A stretch of DNA of 64,000 nt, taken from contig CAIUKV010000008.1 of NCBI GenBank assembly GCA_903899845.1, forward strand, positions 12,533-76,532. Direction: 5' to 3'. Made by a program: the position numbers and the translations under genes. This DNA is from an uncultured Actinomycetes bacterium (GTDB lineage Bacteria > Actinomycetota > Acidimicrobiia > IMCC26256 > PALSA-555). Under the pieces are notes generated by a model that did not search any database, was not told the DNA's origin, and saw only the letters and a list, made by a program, of their open reading frames with translations. Positions 44,706-54,298 of this stretch are shown piece by piece (position 1 is the stretch's first letter; each line of letters opens with the position of its first letter).

Positions 44706-45661
44706 GCCGAGTGGCCGGCTCCGACGGAGCGGGGCTCGTCGCCGCCGCCCGGACGGGAGGGGTCCGCGGCCGGGTCGCCCGGAGCCGCGGTCTTCCCGTA
44801 GAGGGCGATCTCGTCGGCGACGGTGTCGGCGGCGTGGTAGGTCTCGTCGCTCGACGGGAAGCGACCCTGACGGACGTCGGCGGCGAACGCGGTCAGCGCG
44901 GTGCGGGCATCGGCACCGAGCTCGGCGTAGCGGCGCACGAACTTCGGCGTGGTGCGGTCCTCGAGGCCGAGGACGTCGTGGAAGACCAGGACCTGCCCGT
45001 CGCAGTGCCGACCGGCCCCGATCCCGATCGTGGGGACGGCGATGCTGTCGGTGACGAGTCGGGCCACCGCGTCGGGGACGCACTCGAGCACGATCGCGAA
45101 GCACCCGGCGTCGGCCAGCGCGACGGCGTCGTCGACGATGGCGCGCGCCGCCTCGAGGTCGCGGCCCTGGACCTTGAAGCCACCCAGCGCGTGCACCGAC
45201 TGGGGGGTGAGGCCGAGGTGGCCCATGACCGGGATCTCGGCGTCGATGATCGCCCGCACGTGGTCGAGGCGCTTGCGCCCCCCCTCGAGCTTCACCGCCC
45301 CGGCTCCGGCGCGCACGAGCCGGGCCGCGTTCTGGACGGTGTCGGGAACCGACACGTGGTAGCTGAGCCAGGGCAGGTCGCCCACCACCAGTGGCCGGGG
45401 CCGGGTCCGGGCCACGGCGGCCACGTGGTGGACCATGTCGTCGACGGTGACCTGGAGGGTGTCGTCGTACCCGAGCACGACGTTGGCCACGGAGTCACCG
45501 ACCAGGATGACGTCGGCCCCGGCGTCGGCGACGACGCGCGCCGTGGGGGCGTCGTACGCCGTGATCATCACGATCGGGGTGCCCGAGCCCTTGCGTGCCG
45601 CGATCTCGGGCGCGGTCACGGGACGGACGCTCGTCACCGCGTGGGTGGCGGTGTCGGCCAT
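44702..45661 (-). CDS. panB: 3-methyl-2-oxobutanoate hydroxymethyltransferase
   Basis: MITAYDAPTARV...ILVGDSVANVVLGYD...GAVKLEGG...MGHLGLTPQS...GFKVQGR. ATG 45661. The Pro/Gly-rich upstream extension in the ORF track is rejected. Confidence 0.9.
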   Translation of the reverse strand: MADTATHAVTSVRPVTAPEIAARKGSGTPIVMITAYDAPTARVVADAGADVILVGDSVANVVLGYDDTLQVTVDDMVHHVAAVARTRPRPLVVGDLPWLSYHVSVPDTVQNAARLVRAGAGAVKLEGGRKRLDHVRAIIDAEIPVMGHLGLTPQSVHALGGFKVQGRDLEAARAIVDDAVALADAGCFAIVLECVPDAVARLVTDSIAVPTIGIGAGRHCDGQVLVFHDVLGLEDRTTPKFVRRYAELGADARTALTAFAADVRQGRFPSSDETYHAADTVADEIALYGKTAAPGDPAADPSRPGGGDEPRSVGAGHSA

Positions 45662-45740
45662 GGCGGTGCCTCCGCCGTCCAGGGCACGGTCGGCTCCCGG
45701 CGGCCCAATCAGGCTATCGAACGGCCGGGGAGACGTCCAT

Positions 45741-45784
45741 CCCCCCGGGCCCCCGCGCCCCCCCGGGCCCCCCGGGCCCCCCGG
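45741..45784 (-). repeat. Five G5-7 runs separated by 3-nt loops on the minus strand (quadruplex / i-motif-capable array) upstream of the panB promoter region
   Basis: The plus strand reads C6 ggg C5 gcg C7 ggg C6 ggg C6. It lies in the spacer between the DUF5318-like gene and panB. A TAGCCT -10-like hexamer follows on the minus strand near 45707. Confidence 0.6.
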
Positions 45785-45826
45785 CACCTCCCGGCCTCTC
45801 GCCTCCCGCGGTGCGGGCCGGCGGCG

Positions 45827-46189
45827 CTACCCGGCGTCGCGACGTCCGTGGAGCTCCCGGCGCTGGAGGTGGTTCCACCGGCAGTCGGGGCAGACCTCCA
45901 CGACGTAGCGGGCGAACTCCGAGTGGGTGGCGTCGAGCGTGGCCAGCTCGGCGGCGTCGACGCACCGGCCGTTGGCGCGCCGGAGCGCCTCGCCGTAGAC
46001 GTAGGACACCAGCACGAGACCGGCCGACCCACAGACCGGGCAGTCGGCCCCGGCCGGCTCGCCCACGTTGCGGGCGGCCCGGACCAGCTCGACCTGGGCG
46101 TCGCAGACCTCGTGGCGGCCGAGGCGACCCTTGCGCAGCTCCCGCAGCACGGCCCGGCGGGCCAGGGCGTAGTCGACGTGACGGCGCAC
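45827..46189 (-). CDS. DUF5318-like conserved actinobacterial protein (four-Cys)
   Basis: VDYALARRAVL...EVCDAQ...DCPVCG...EFARYVVEVCPDCRWNHL. GTG 46189 is preferred because the longer ORF (to 46288) would run through the operator palindrome. Confidence 0.6.
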   Translation of the reverse strand: MRRHVDYALARRAVLRELRKGRLGRHEVCDAQVELVRAARNVGEPAGADCPVCGSAGLVLVSYVYGEALRRANGRCVDAAELATLDATHSEFARYVVEVCPDCRWNHLQRRELHGRRDAG

Positions 46190-46266
46190 GGCCGGAGTGT
46201 AGGCCCGGGACCACGGGCCACCGGCCGCGCGATCACCGCTCGGTGGCGCACCTCGGAGCGGACTCG

Positions 46267-46291
46267 CCGATGTATCGACGCGATACATCGG
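46267..46291. promoter_or_regulatory. Perfect 25-bp palindrome CCGATGTATCG-acg-CGATACATCGG (candidate PadR operator) in the divergent spacer
   Basis: Read directly. It contains ATGT/ACAT half-sites of the kind seen in PadR operators. Located about 80 nt upstream of padR ATG 46371. Confidence 0.55.
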
Positions 46292-46370
46292 CGTGTGCTA
46301 ACATCCACTTCTTCACCCGCCGTCCACCATTCGGACACCTGACCGTGCGGACACCCGTCCCGGAGCCCCC

Positions 46371-47117
46371 ATGCTCGAGATCGCCGTCCTCGGCCTGCTC
46401 AAGGAGCAGCCCCTCCACGGCTACGAGTTGAAGAAGCGCCTCAGCGACACGCTGGGGTTCCTCTGGGGCGTCTCCTACGGGTCGCTCTACCCGGCGCTGC
46501 GCCGGCTCGAGCGGGAGGGGGCCATCGCGGTGGTGGTCCCGGCCGCCGAATCCCCCGGCTTCGCCGCCACCGGCTCGCTCAAGGGCGACCTGGCGGCCGC
46601 CCGCCGGGCCGGGCCCCGCCCGGCCAAGCCCTCGCGCCGGGCCCGCAAGGCCTACCGGATCACCGAGGTCGGCGAGGCCCGGTTCGCCGAGCTGCTCCTG
46701 GCCGACGAGCGCTACCCCGACGAGGAGAAGGCGTTCGCCCTCAAGCTCGCGTTCTGCGCCGAGCTGCCCCCGGCGGCCCGCCTCGCGCTGCTCGAGCGCC
46801 GCCGCACGGCGCTGGTCGCCCGGCTCGACCAGTCCCGACGCACCCCGGGCACCCGCACCGATCGCTACAACCTCTCGCTCGCCGAGCACCGCACCCGGTC
46901 CACCCAGCGCGACCTCGAGTGGGTGGAGGGCCTGATCGCGGCCGAGGTCGCCGAGACCCCCGTCACCGGCACCCCCGCCTCCGGCACCCCCGCCTCCGGC
47001 ACCCCCGCCTCCGGCACCCCGGTGTCCGAAGCCCCCGTCTCCGAAGTCCCCGGGGCCGCTGCGCCCGACGCAGCCGACCCCGGATCCCCGAAGGTTCAGG
47101 AAGGAGCCACCCGATGA
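46371..47117 (+). CDS. PadR-family transcriptional regulator with a repeat-containing C-terminal tail
   Basis: [18 protein letters not shown]...[16 protein letters not shown] winged-helix signature. Confidence 0.9.
   Translation: MLEIAVLGLLKEQPLHGYELKKRLSDTLGFLWGVSYGSLYPALRRLEREGAIAVVVPAAESPGFAATGSLKGDLAAARRAGPRPAKPSRRARKAYRITEVGEARFAELLLADERYPDEEKAFALKLAFCAELPPAARLALLERRRTALVARLDQSRRTPGTRTDRYNLSLAEHRTRSTQRDLEWVEGLIAAEVAETPVTGTPASGTPASGTPASGTPVSEAPVSEVPGAAAPDAADPGSPKVQEGATR
46968..47012 (+). repeat. Coding 15-bp tandem repeat x3 (ggcacccccgcctcc; GTPAS x3)
   Basis: Read directly in the padR 3' region. A degenerate fourth unit follows. Confidence 0.85.
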
Positions 47118-48187
47118 GCAAGTCCGTTCGCGTCGCGATCGCCGGCGTCGGAAACTGCGCGAGCAGCCTCGTGCAGGGCGTCGAGTACTACCGCGACGCC
47201 GCCCCCGACGAGCAGGTCCCCGGTCTCATGCACGTGGTGCTCGGTGGGTACCACGTGGGCGACGTCGAGTTCGTCGCCGCCTTCGACGTCGACGCCACCA
47301 AGGTCGGCCTCGACCTCGGCAAGGCGATCTTCTCCGGACCGAACAACACCGTGAAGTTCGCCGACGTCCCCGACCTCGGCGTCACCGTGCTGCGCGCCCC
47401 CACGCTCGACGGGCTCGGCGAGTTCTACCGCGAGGTGGTCGAGGAGTCGCCGGCCGAGCCGGTCGACGTCGCCCAGGCGCTGCGGGACTCGGGCGCCGAC
47501 GTGCTCGTGAGCTACCTGCCGGTCGGCTCCGAGGAGGCCCAGCGGTACTACGCGCAGGCCTGCCTCGACGCCGGTGTCGGGTTCGTGAACGCGATCCCGG
47601 TGTTCATCGCCTCCGACCCCGAGTGGGCGGCGAAGTTCGCGGCCGCGGGCGTGCCCATCGTCGGCGACGACATCAAGAGCCAGGTCGGCGCCACGATCGT
47701 CCACCGGATCCTGGCCCGGCTGTTCGAGGACCGGGGCATGGCCCTCGACCACACGTACCAGCTCAACTTCGGCGGGAACATGGACTTCAAGAACATGCTG
47801 GAGCGCAAGCGCCTCCAGTCGAAGAAGATCTCGAAGACCCAGTCCGTCACCAGCCAGATCACCCAGGGCATCGACCCTTCCGACGTCCACATCGGGCCGT
47901 CGGACCACGTGCCCTGGCTCGACGACCGCAAGTGGGCCTACATCCGGCTCGAGGGCCGGAACTTCGGCGACGTGCCCCTCAACGTGGAGCTCAAGCTCGA
48001 GGTCTGGGACTCCCCCAACTCGGCCGGCGTCATCATCGACGCGGTCCGCTGCGCCAAGGTCGCTCAGGACCGCGGCATCGGCGGACCCCTCCTCGGCCCG
48101 TCGGCCTACTTCATGAAGTCGCCGCCGGTGCAGTACCGCGACGAGGAGGCCCGCGTGATGGTCGAGGAGTTCGCCGCCGGCGCCTGA
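47114..48187 (+). CDS. ino1: myo-inositol-1-phosphate synthase
   Basis: [22 protein letters not shown]...[12 protein letters not shown]...[11 protein letters not shown]...[13 protein letters not shown] 47114 overlaps the padR stop (ATGA). Confidence 0.95.
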   Translation: MSKSVRVAIAGVGNCASSLVQGVEYYRDAAPDEQVPGLMHVVLGGYHVGDVEFVAAFDVDATKVGLDLGKAIFSGPNNTVKFADVPDLGVTVLRAPTLDGLGEFYREVVEESPAEPVDVAQALRDSGADVLVSYLPVGSEEAQRYYAQACLDAGVGFVNAIPVFIASDPEWAAKFAAAGVPIVGDDIKSQVGATIVHRILARLFEDRGMALDHTYQLNFGGNMDFKNMLERKRLQSKKISKTQSVTSQITQGIDPSDVHIGPSDHVPWLDDRKWAYIRLEGRNFGDVPLNVELKLEVWDSPNSAGVIIDAVRCAKVAQDRGIGGPLLGPSAYFMKSPPVQYRDEEARVMVEEFAAGA

Positions 48188-48206
48188 CCGGGGCGGTCCC
48201 CGGCCG

Positions 48207-49607
48207 TCACCGGCCGAGGCCGCGCGCCTCCGCCCACTCGTCGAGGCGGGCACGGGCGTCCTCGGGCGTCATCGGCCCCTCGTCGAGCCGGAGGTCGAGC
48301 AGGAACGCCAGCGCCTCGCCGATCTCGGGCCCGGGCGCGAGCCCGAGGTGCTCCATCACCTCGCGCCCGTCGAGGGGCGGACGGATCGCGTCGATCTCCT
48401 CCTGGGCCCGGAGCTCCTCGATGCGACGCTCGAGGTCGTCCATCCGACGGCTCAGCGCGGCCGCACGCTTCGGGTTGCGGGTGGTGCAGTCGCAACGCTG
48501 CAGGTGGTTCAGCTCGTCGAGCAGGTCGCCCGCGTCGCGCACGTAGCGGCGCACCGCCTTGTCGGTCCACCCCATCGCGTAGGTGTGGATGCGCAGGTGG
48601 AGGAACACGAGGCGGGTCACCGCGGCGATGACGGCGGTGGGGTACCGGAGCGCCTTGAGCCGCTCCTCGGTCATCCGGGCTCCGACCACCTCGTGATGGT
48701 GGAAGCTGACCCCGCCCTTGCCCCGCTCGAACGAGCGGGTCTTGGGCTTGCCCACGTCGTGGAACAGCGCAGCCAGGCGCACGATCAGCTCCGGACGGGT
48801 GTTGCGCACCACCGCGATGGTGTGGGCGAGGACGTCCTTGTGGGTGTGGATGGGGTCCTGCTCGAGTCGCATGGCGTTGAGCTCGGGCAGGAACTCGTCG
48901 CTGAGCCCGGTCTCGCAGAGGAGCCACAGGGCCGCGCTGGGATCGTCGGTGCACAGCAGCCGGTCGAGCTCGCCCCGGATGCGCTCGGCGCTGACGATCT
49001 CCATGCGCCCGCGCAACGCGGCGATCGCGTCGACGAGCTCGGGGACCGGGGTCACCCCGAGCTGGGCCACGAAGCGGGCCGCGCGCAGCATGCGCAGCGG
49101 GTCGTCCTCGAACGAGATCTCGGGAGCGAGCGGGGTGCGCAGGACGCGGGCGACCAGGTCGGCGGCACCGCCGTGGGGGTCGACGAACGCCGGCTCCGGG
49201 ATCGCGAGGGCCATCGCGTTGACGGTGAAGTCGCGCCGGGACAGGTCGGTGGCGATGTCGTCGGAGAAGCGCACCTCGGGCTTGCGGCTCTCGGGGCGGT
49301 AGACCTCGGCCCGGTAGGTGGTGATCTCGTAGATCACCGACCCCTTGCGGGCACCCACGGTGCCGTAGTCCCGCCCGGCCGCCCAGGTCTGGTCGGCCCA
49401 GTCCGCCACGATCCGCTCGACCACGTCGGGACGGGCGCTCGTGGCGATGTCGACGTCGCGTCCCGTGAGGTCGAGATCGAGGAACGCGTCGCGGACGGTC
49501 CCGCCGACCAGGTGGCTCTCGGCGCCCTCGGCGGCCAGGCGGGTGGCGAGGTCGCGCACGGGCGCATCGGCGGCGTAGAAGGGGCGGAGGCGGTCGGGGA
49601 CGTGCAC
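48207..49607 (-). CDS. cca: CCA-adding tRNA nucleotidyltransferase / poly(A) polymerase family with an HD domain
   Basis: LVGGTVRDAFL...RDFTVNAMA...DPLRMLRAARF...FHDVGKP. GTG 49607. The remaining roughly 730 N-terminal codons of ORF 48207..51788 are antisense shadow. Confidence 0.9.
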   Translation of the reverse strand: MHVPDRLRPFYAADAPVRDLATRLAAEGAESHLVGGTVRDAFLDLDLTGRDVDIATSARPDVVERIVADWADQTWAAGRDYGTVGARKGSVIYEITTYRAEVYRPESRKPEVRFSDDIATDLSRRDFTVNAMALAIPEPAFVDPHGGAADLVARVLRTPLAPEISFEDDPLRMLRAARFVAQLGVTPVPELVDAIAALRGRMEIVSAERIRGELDRLLCTDDPSAALWLLCETGLSDEFLPELNAMRLEQDPIHTHKDVLAHTIAVVRNTRPELIVRLAALFHDVGKPKTRSFERGKGGVSFHHHEVVGARMTEERLKALRYPTAVIAAVTRLVFLHLRIHTYAMGWTDKAVRRYVRDAGDLLDELNHLQRCDCTTRNPKRAAALSRRMDDLERRIEELRAQEEIDAIRPPLDGREVMEHLGLAPGPEIGEALAFLLDLRLDEGPMTPEDARARLDEWAEARGLGR

Positions 49608-49694
49608 CGGCCCATTGTCGCGGGTCGGGCCCCGCCCGGCCCGGTCCCGCCAGGGCGGCGGTCGCCGTGGGAGCCCGCTCGGTAGCCTGGGTCG

Positions 49695-51737
49695 ATGGCC
49701 CGAACCCGGCGCGCGGCCGCCGTCGCGGCAGCGGTGGCCGCGGTCACGGTCGGCGTCCTCGGTCCCGCGGCGACCGGCGCCCCGGTCGGCGCCTCGACCG
49801 GCGCCTCGACCGGCGCGCCGGCCCTCAGCCTGGTCCGCCAGGACGCCTGGACCCCCGTCGGGGGCACGGCGCGGCTGGCGCTGACCGCCGCGGGCGCCCC
49901 GCCCGAGGCCCGCCTGAGCGCGACCGTGGGCCAGGCCGTCGCGACCCGGTCCCGCTTCGACGAGGTCGCCGGCGACGGACCGCTCGGCTCGGTGCTGAAC
50001 CAGGTGAGCGTGCCCCTGGCGGAGGTGCCCCGGGACTCCGACGGGCTGCTCCTGCTCGACCTCGGTCTCCCCGCCCCCGCGGCCACCCGCGGGCCGTTGG
50101 AGCTGAACGTGCGCCGACCGGGCGTGTATCCGCTCGACCTCGAACTGCGCAACGCCGACGACGCGCCCGTGACCGCCGTGCGCACGATGCTGGTCGTGGC
50201 CGAGGCGGACCGGCCCACGGTCGCCCAGCGGCTCGGGGTCGCGCTCGTCGTGCCGATCACCGCCCCGCCCTCCTTCCTCCCCGACGGCGCGCCCGACCGG
50301 GCGGTGCTCGGCGCGTTCCGCCCCGGGGGTCGCCTGGGCCGGACCGCCCTGGCGCTGCGGGCGGTACCGGAGGTCCCGGCCACGCTCGCGCCCACTGCGG
50401 AGACGCTGGAGGCGTGGGCCGCCGAGGCCCGGACCGACGCGACCGTCGCCGCGACGTTCGACGCGCTGCGCACCGCCACCAGCGGACGGGCCGTGCTCGA
50501 GGGCCCCTACCTGCCCGTCGACCTCCCGTCGCTGCTCGCCGACGGGCCGTCGGCCGCCGCCGACGACGTCCTGGCCCGGGGCACCGGCCGGGTCGGAGCC
50601 CTGCTCGGCACGGCCACCGACCCCCGGACCCGGGTCCTGCGCCCGGCGTCGCCCGCCGCGCTGGCCCGCCTGCGCGCTGCCGGGGCCGAGCGCTTCGTGG
50701 TCGAGGCCGGCGCCCTCGAGCCCACCCCCGAGACCCGCCTCACCCCGGCCCAGCCGGTGATCCTCACGGTCCCGGGCGGGGGCGCCGAGCCGGCTCCGGC
50801 GCTGGTGACCGACCCCGGGATCCAGAAGCTGCTGGTCGCCCCGGGCAGCGCCGCCCGGACCGCGCAGCTCGTCCTCGCCGGGCTCGCGCTCGTGGCCCTC
50901 GAGGCCCCGAACCAGCCCCGCGTCGCCACCGTGCTCCTCCCCGACGGCGACGGCACATCCGCCGGGCTCACCGAGGATCTGCTCCTGGGCCTCCGCGACA
51001 ACCCGTTCCTGCGTCCGATCACGGTGCCCGACGCCTTCGCCGGCGTCCCCACCGAACCACCCCCGGTCCGGGCCAACGGGACGCCGGGGTCGTCGCTCCG
51101 GGTGGTCGCGCCGGGAGCCACGCCCCGGACGGTGGTCGGCGACGCGACCTACCGGGCGCTCCGGGGGCGCTGGAGCGCCTTCGCGGCCACGACCCGTCCC
51201 GGTGATCCGGCCGTGGCGGCAGCCGACCGCTCGCTGCTCGCCGCGGTCAGCAGCGCCTGGAGCGTCGACGACGCCCCCGCCCTCGTCGCGGGCCACCTCG
51301 CAGTGGTCGACCGGTCGATCGGCGACCTGCTCGCGCGGATCGACATCCCCGACCCGCGCACCATCACGCTGACGTCGCGGTCGGGGTCGATCCCCCTGAC
51401 GTTCGTGAACGACACCGGGTTCCCGGTCCGGCTTCGTGCGGCACTGTCGAGCGACAAGCTCTTCTTCCCCGAGGGCTCCGTCCTCGACCTCGAGCTCCCA
51501 CCCCGCAGCACCACGGTGCGCGTGGCGGTGGAGGCCCGCACGTCGGGCACGTTCCCCGTCGACCTGGCGGTCACCTCGACCGACGGCGTGCTGCCCGTCT
51601 CGCAACGCCAGCTCCAGGTCCGCTCGACCTACGTGAGCACGGTCGGCTGGGTCCTGATGGCGTCGGCCACCGGCGTCCTGGCGGTGTGGTGGGGCCTCGA
51701 CGTCCGGCGGCGCCGACGTCGGCGGGCCCCCTCGTGA
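49695..51737 (+). CDS. Large secreted/anchored conserved actinobacterial protein (Rv3909-like, DUF6049-type)
   Basis: Signal peptide (AAAVAAAVAAVTVGVLGPAATGA), a C-terminal TM plus an RRRRRR stop-transfer. It sits between cca and murJ, as in mycobacteria. Confidence 0.65.
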   Translation: MARTRRAAAVAAAVAAVTVGVLGPAATGAPVGASTGASTGAPALSLVRQDAWTPVGGTARLALTAAGAPPEARLSATVGQAVATRSRFDEVAGDGPLGSVLNQVSVPLAEVPRDSDGLLLLDLGLPAPAATRGPLELNVRRPGVYPLDLELRNADDAPVTAVRTMLVVAEADRPTVAQRLGVALVVPITAPPSFLPDGAPDRAVLGAFRPGGRLGRTALALRAVPEVPATLAPTAETLEAWAAEARTDATVAATFDALRTATSGRAVLEGPYLPVDLPSLLADGPSAAADDVLARGTGRVGALLGTATDPRTRVLRPASPAALARLRAAGAERFVVEAGALEPTPETRLTPAQPVILTVPGGGAEPAPALVTDPGIQKLLVAPGSAARTAQLVLAGLALVALEAPNQPRVATVLLPDGDGTSAGLTEDLLLGLRDNPFLRPITVPDAFAGVPTEPPPVRANGTPGSSLRVVAPGATPRTVVGDATYRALRGRWSAFAATTRPGDPAVAAADRSLLAAVSSAWSVDDAPALVAGHLAVVDRSIGDLLARIDIPDPRTITLTSRSGSIPLTFVNDTGFPVRLRAALSSDKLFFPEGSVLDLELPPRSTTVRVAVEARTSGTFPVDLAVTSTDGVLPVSQRQLQVRSTYVSTVGWVLMASATGVLAVWWGLDVRRRRRRRAPS

Positions 51738-53392
51738 CGGATCCGGCGGAGTCCGCCCGGGACGGGTCCGCCGGGGACGGACCGGCACCGGCGGCGCCGC
51801 CGGGTGGCGGACTCCTCCGATCCAGCGCGGTCGTCGGTCTCGGCACGGCCCTGTCCCGCGTCACCGGGTTCGGCCGGGTGGCCGCGGTCGCCTACGCCCT
51901 GGGAGCCACCGAGGTCTCGGGGGTCTACGCGTACGCCAACGAGACGCCGAACATCCTCTACGAGCTCCTCCTCGGCGGGATCCTCACCGCCATGGCCCTC
52001 CCCCTGTTCGTCCGGCACTTCCAGGAGCGCGACGAGGAGGCGACCAACGCAGTCGTGACGATCGCCACGGTCGCGCTCGTCGGGGCCACGTTGGTCGGGA
52101 TCCTCCTCGCGCCGTGGGTCGTGCGCCTCTACACGCTGCAGGTCGACGGACCGACCGCGGCCGCCCAGCGCGATCTCGCCACCTCCTGGCTGCGGCTGTT
52201 CATGCCGCAGATCCTCTTCTACGGGCTCACCGCGCTCGCGGCCGGGCTGCTCAACGCCCGACGCCGGTTCGCCGCCGCGGCGTTCGCCCCGATCGGCAAC
52301 AACCTGGTCGTGATCGCGATCTTCCTCGCGCTCCCCCGGCTCGTGTCGGGTCCCGTGACGGTCGAGCGGGTGCTCGACGACCCCACCCTGCTCGTCTGGA
52401 TCGGCCTCGGGACGACCGCCGGGATCGCGACGATGGCCCTCGCGCTCTGGCCGGCGATCGCGCGCGCCGGCATCCGGCTCCGTCCCGTGTTCGCCTGGCG
52501 CCACCCGGCGGTGCGCACGATGACGCGCCTGTCCGGATGGACGGTCGGGTACGTGGTGGCGAACCAGATCGCGCTCTGGGTGGTGCTCGTGCTCGCCAAC
52601 GGGACCACGAGCGGAGCGTTCGTGTACCTCAGCGCGTACGCGTTCTTCCAGCTGCCCCACGGCCTGTTCGCGGTCTCGATCACCACCGCGCTCCAGCCCG
52701 AGCTCGCCGCCGCCTTCGTCGACCGCGACCTCACGGCGTTGCGCGCCCGGTTCGGGCGGGGGCTGCGGCTCATCCTGACCCTGATGATCCCGGCCGCCGC
52801 TTTGTACGCCGGGCTCACCCAGCCCATCGTCACCGCGCTGCTCCAGCGCGGCGCGTTCGACGCGGCGGCCACGGTCCGGGTCGCCGACACCCTCCTCGCC
52901 TTCGCGGTCGGCCTGCCCTTCTTCTCGTCGTACCTGTACGTGCAGCGCGCCTTCTACGCGATGCAGGACACCCGGACCCCGTTCCTCCTCAACTGCTTCG
53001 AGAACGCCGTGAACATCGTGCTCGCGCTCGTGCTCTTCGGGGCGCTCGGGATCCCCGGCCTCGCGCTGTCGTTCTCCCTCGCCTACGCGGCGGCCGCCGG
53101 GGTCAGCCTGGTGGCGTTGCACCGCCGACTCGGCGGCGGGGTGGGCGGGCTCGGATCGGCGGTCGCCCGACTGCTCCTGGTGGGGGCGGCGGTGTCCGGG
53201 GCGACCTGGGTCGTCGCCCGGGCGGTCGGAAGCGGCACGGCGGCCACCGCCGTCCTCGCCTGCGCCGCCGCCGGGACCACCGGGGCCCTGGTGGCCGTGG
53301 CCGGGATCCGGGTGCTGGGCCTCGACGAGGGACTTCGCCTCGACCGCCTCCGGCGCCGACGGGCGGGGCGGTCGGGCCCCGTGTCACCATGA
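51734..53392 (+). CDS. murJ: Lipid II flippase MurJ (flippase core only)
   Basis: LGTALSRVTGFGRVAAVAYALG...YANETPNILYELLLGG...; about 14 TM. GTG 51734 overlaps the upstream stop (GTGA). Confidence 0.9.
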   Translation: MTDPAESARDGSAGDGPAPAAPPGGGLLRSSAVVGLGTALSRVTGFGRVAAVAYALGATEVSGVYAYANETPNILYELLLGGILTAMALPLFVRHFQERDEEATNAVVTIATVALVGATLVGILLAPWVVRLYTLQVDGPTAAAQRDLATSWLRLFMPQILFYGLTALAAGLLNARRRFAAAAFAPIGNNLVVIAIFLALPRLVSGPVTVERVLDDPTLLVWIGLGTTAGIATMALALWPAIARAGIRLRPVFAWRHPAVRTMTRLSGWTVGYVVANQIALWVVLVLANGTTSGAFVYLSAYAFFQLPHGLFAVSITTALQPELAAAFVDRDLTALRARFGRGLRLILTLMIPAAALYAGLTQPIVTALLQRGAFDAAATVRVADTLLAFAVGLPFFSSYLYVQRAFYAMQDTRTPFLLNCFENAVNIVLALVLFGALGIPGLALSFSLAYAAAAGVSLVALHRRLGGGVGGLGSAVARLLLVGAAVSGATWVVARAVGSGTAATAVLACAAAGTTGALVAVAGIRVLGLDEGLRLDRLRRRRAGRSGPVSP

Positions 53393-53440
53393 GCGCAGGC
53401 CGTCGCCCGACCGGGCGCACCGGGTGGAGGTGAGGGGACG

Positions 53441-54277
53441 ATGACCGTTCGGGTAGTGACCGACAGCGCGTGCGACCTGTCCGACCGGGTGGCCGAGACC
53501 ATGCGGATCGAGATCGTCCCGCTCTCCATCCGGTTCGGCGACGAGGAGCTCGTCGACCGCGAGCAGCTGAGCCCCGAGGACTTCTGGAGCCGCCTCCGGT
53601 CGAGCCCGGTGCTCCCCGAGACGTCGGCGCCGTCAGCCGGGCAGTTCGAGGCCCGCTTCCGCCACGTGATCGAGCGCGGCGCCACCGGCATCATCTGCAT
53701 CAACCTCTCGTCCCGGTTGTCGGCCACCATGCAGGCGGCCCAGCTCGCGGCCACGGCCGTGCGCGACGAGTGCCCGATCGTGGTCATCGACTCGCGCACG
53801 GTGTCGATGGGCCTCGGCGCGCTCTGCCTCACCGCCGCGCGACGGGCCGCCGACGGCGCCCGGCTCGAGGAGATCGTGGAGGACGTGCTCTCCCGACGGG
53901 ACCGCACCCGGCTGTTCGGCGCGCTCGACACGCTGGAGTACCTGAAGAAGGGTGGGCGGATCGGCAACGCGCGCGCCCTGCTCGGCTCCGTGCTGTCGAT
54001 CAAGCCGATCGTCGAGGTCCGGGACGGGGCGGTCGAGGAGGCGGGCAAGGTGCGCACGCGGTCCAAGGCCCTCGCGCTGCTCGCCGACCGGGCCCGGGCG
54101 CAGAAGATCGACTCGCTGGCGGTGCTGCACGGGCAGGCCGACGACGTCGACGACCTGCTCGACCGCCTGAGCGAGTTCTTCCCCCGCGACGAGATCGTCA
54201 CCGGCCTGGTCGGCCCGGTGATCGGGACCCACGCCGGCCCCGGGGTCATCGGGGTCAGCTTCCAGGTCGCGCGCTAG
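53441..54277 (+). CDS. DegV family fatty-acid-binding protein
   Basis: VRVVTDSACDL..., TSAPSAGQF, INLSSRLSATMQ, LKKGGRIG. Confidence 0.9.
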   Translation: MTVRVVTDSACDLSDRVAETMRIEIVPLSIRFGDEELVDREQLSPEDFWSRLRSSPVLPETSAPSAGQFEARFRHVIERGATGIICINLSSRLSATMQAAQLAATAVRDECPIVVIDSRTVSMGLGALCLTAARRAADGARLEEIVEDVLSRRDRTRLFGALDTLEYLKKGGRIGNARALLGSVLSIKPIVEVRDGAVEEAGKVRTRSKALALLADRARAQKIDSLAVLHGQADDVDDLLDRLSEFFPRDEIVTGLVGPVIGTHAGPGVIGVSFQVAR

Positions 54278-54298
54278 GCCCGCGACCTGCGCCCTAGC

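Noticed and set aside
46190-46288. Longer start (46288) for the DUF5318-like gene, as given in the ORF track
   Set aside because: The extra 33 codons run through the 25-bp operator palindrome and the AT-rich promoter patch. They encode non-conserved-looking sequence. In-frame GTG 46189 gives the expected family size of about 120 aa.
49608-51788. N-terminal ~730 codons of the 1193-aa ORF 48207..51788, suggesting a giant Cca fusion protein
   Set aside because: Only the last 466 codons (from GTG 49607) look like a CCA-adding enzyme. The rest is low-complexity Arg/Gly/Pro sequence antisense to the well-supported Rv3909-like gene.
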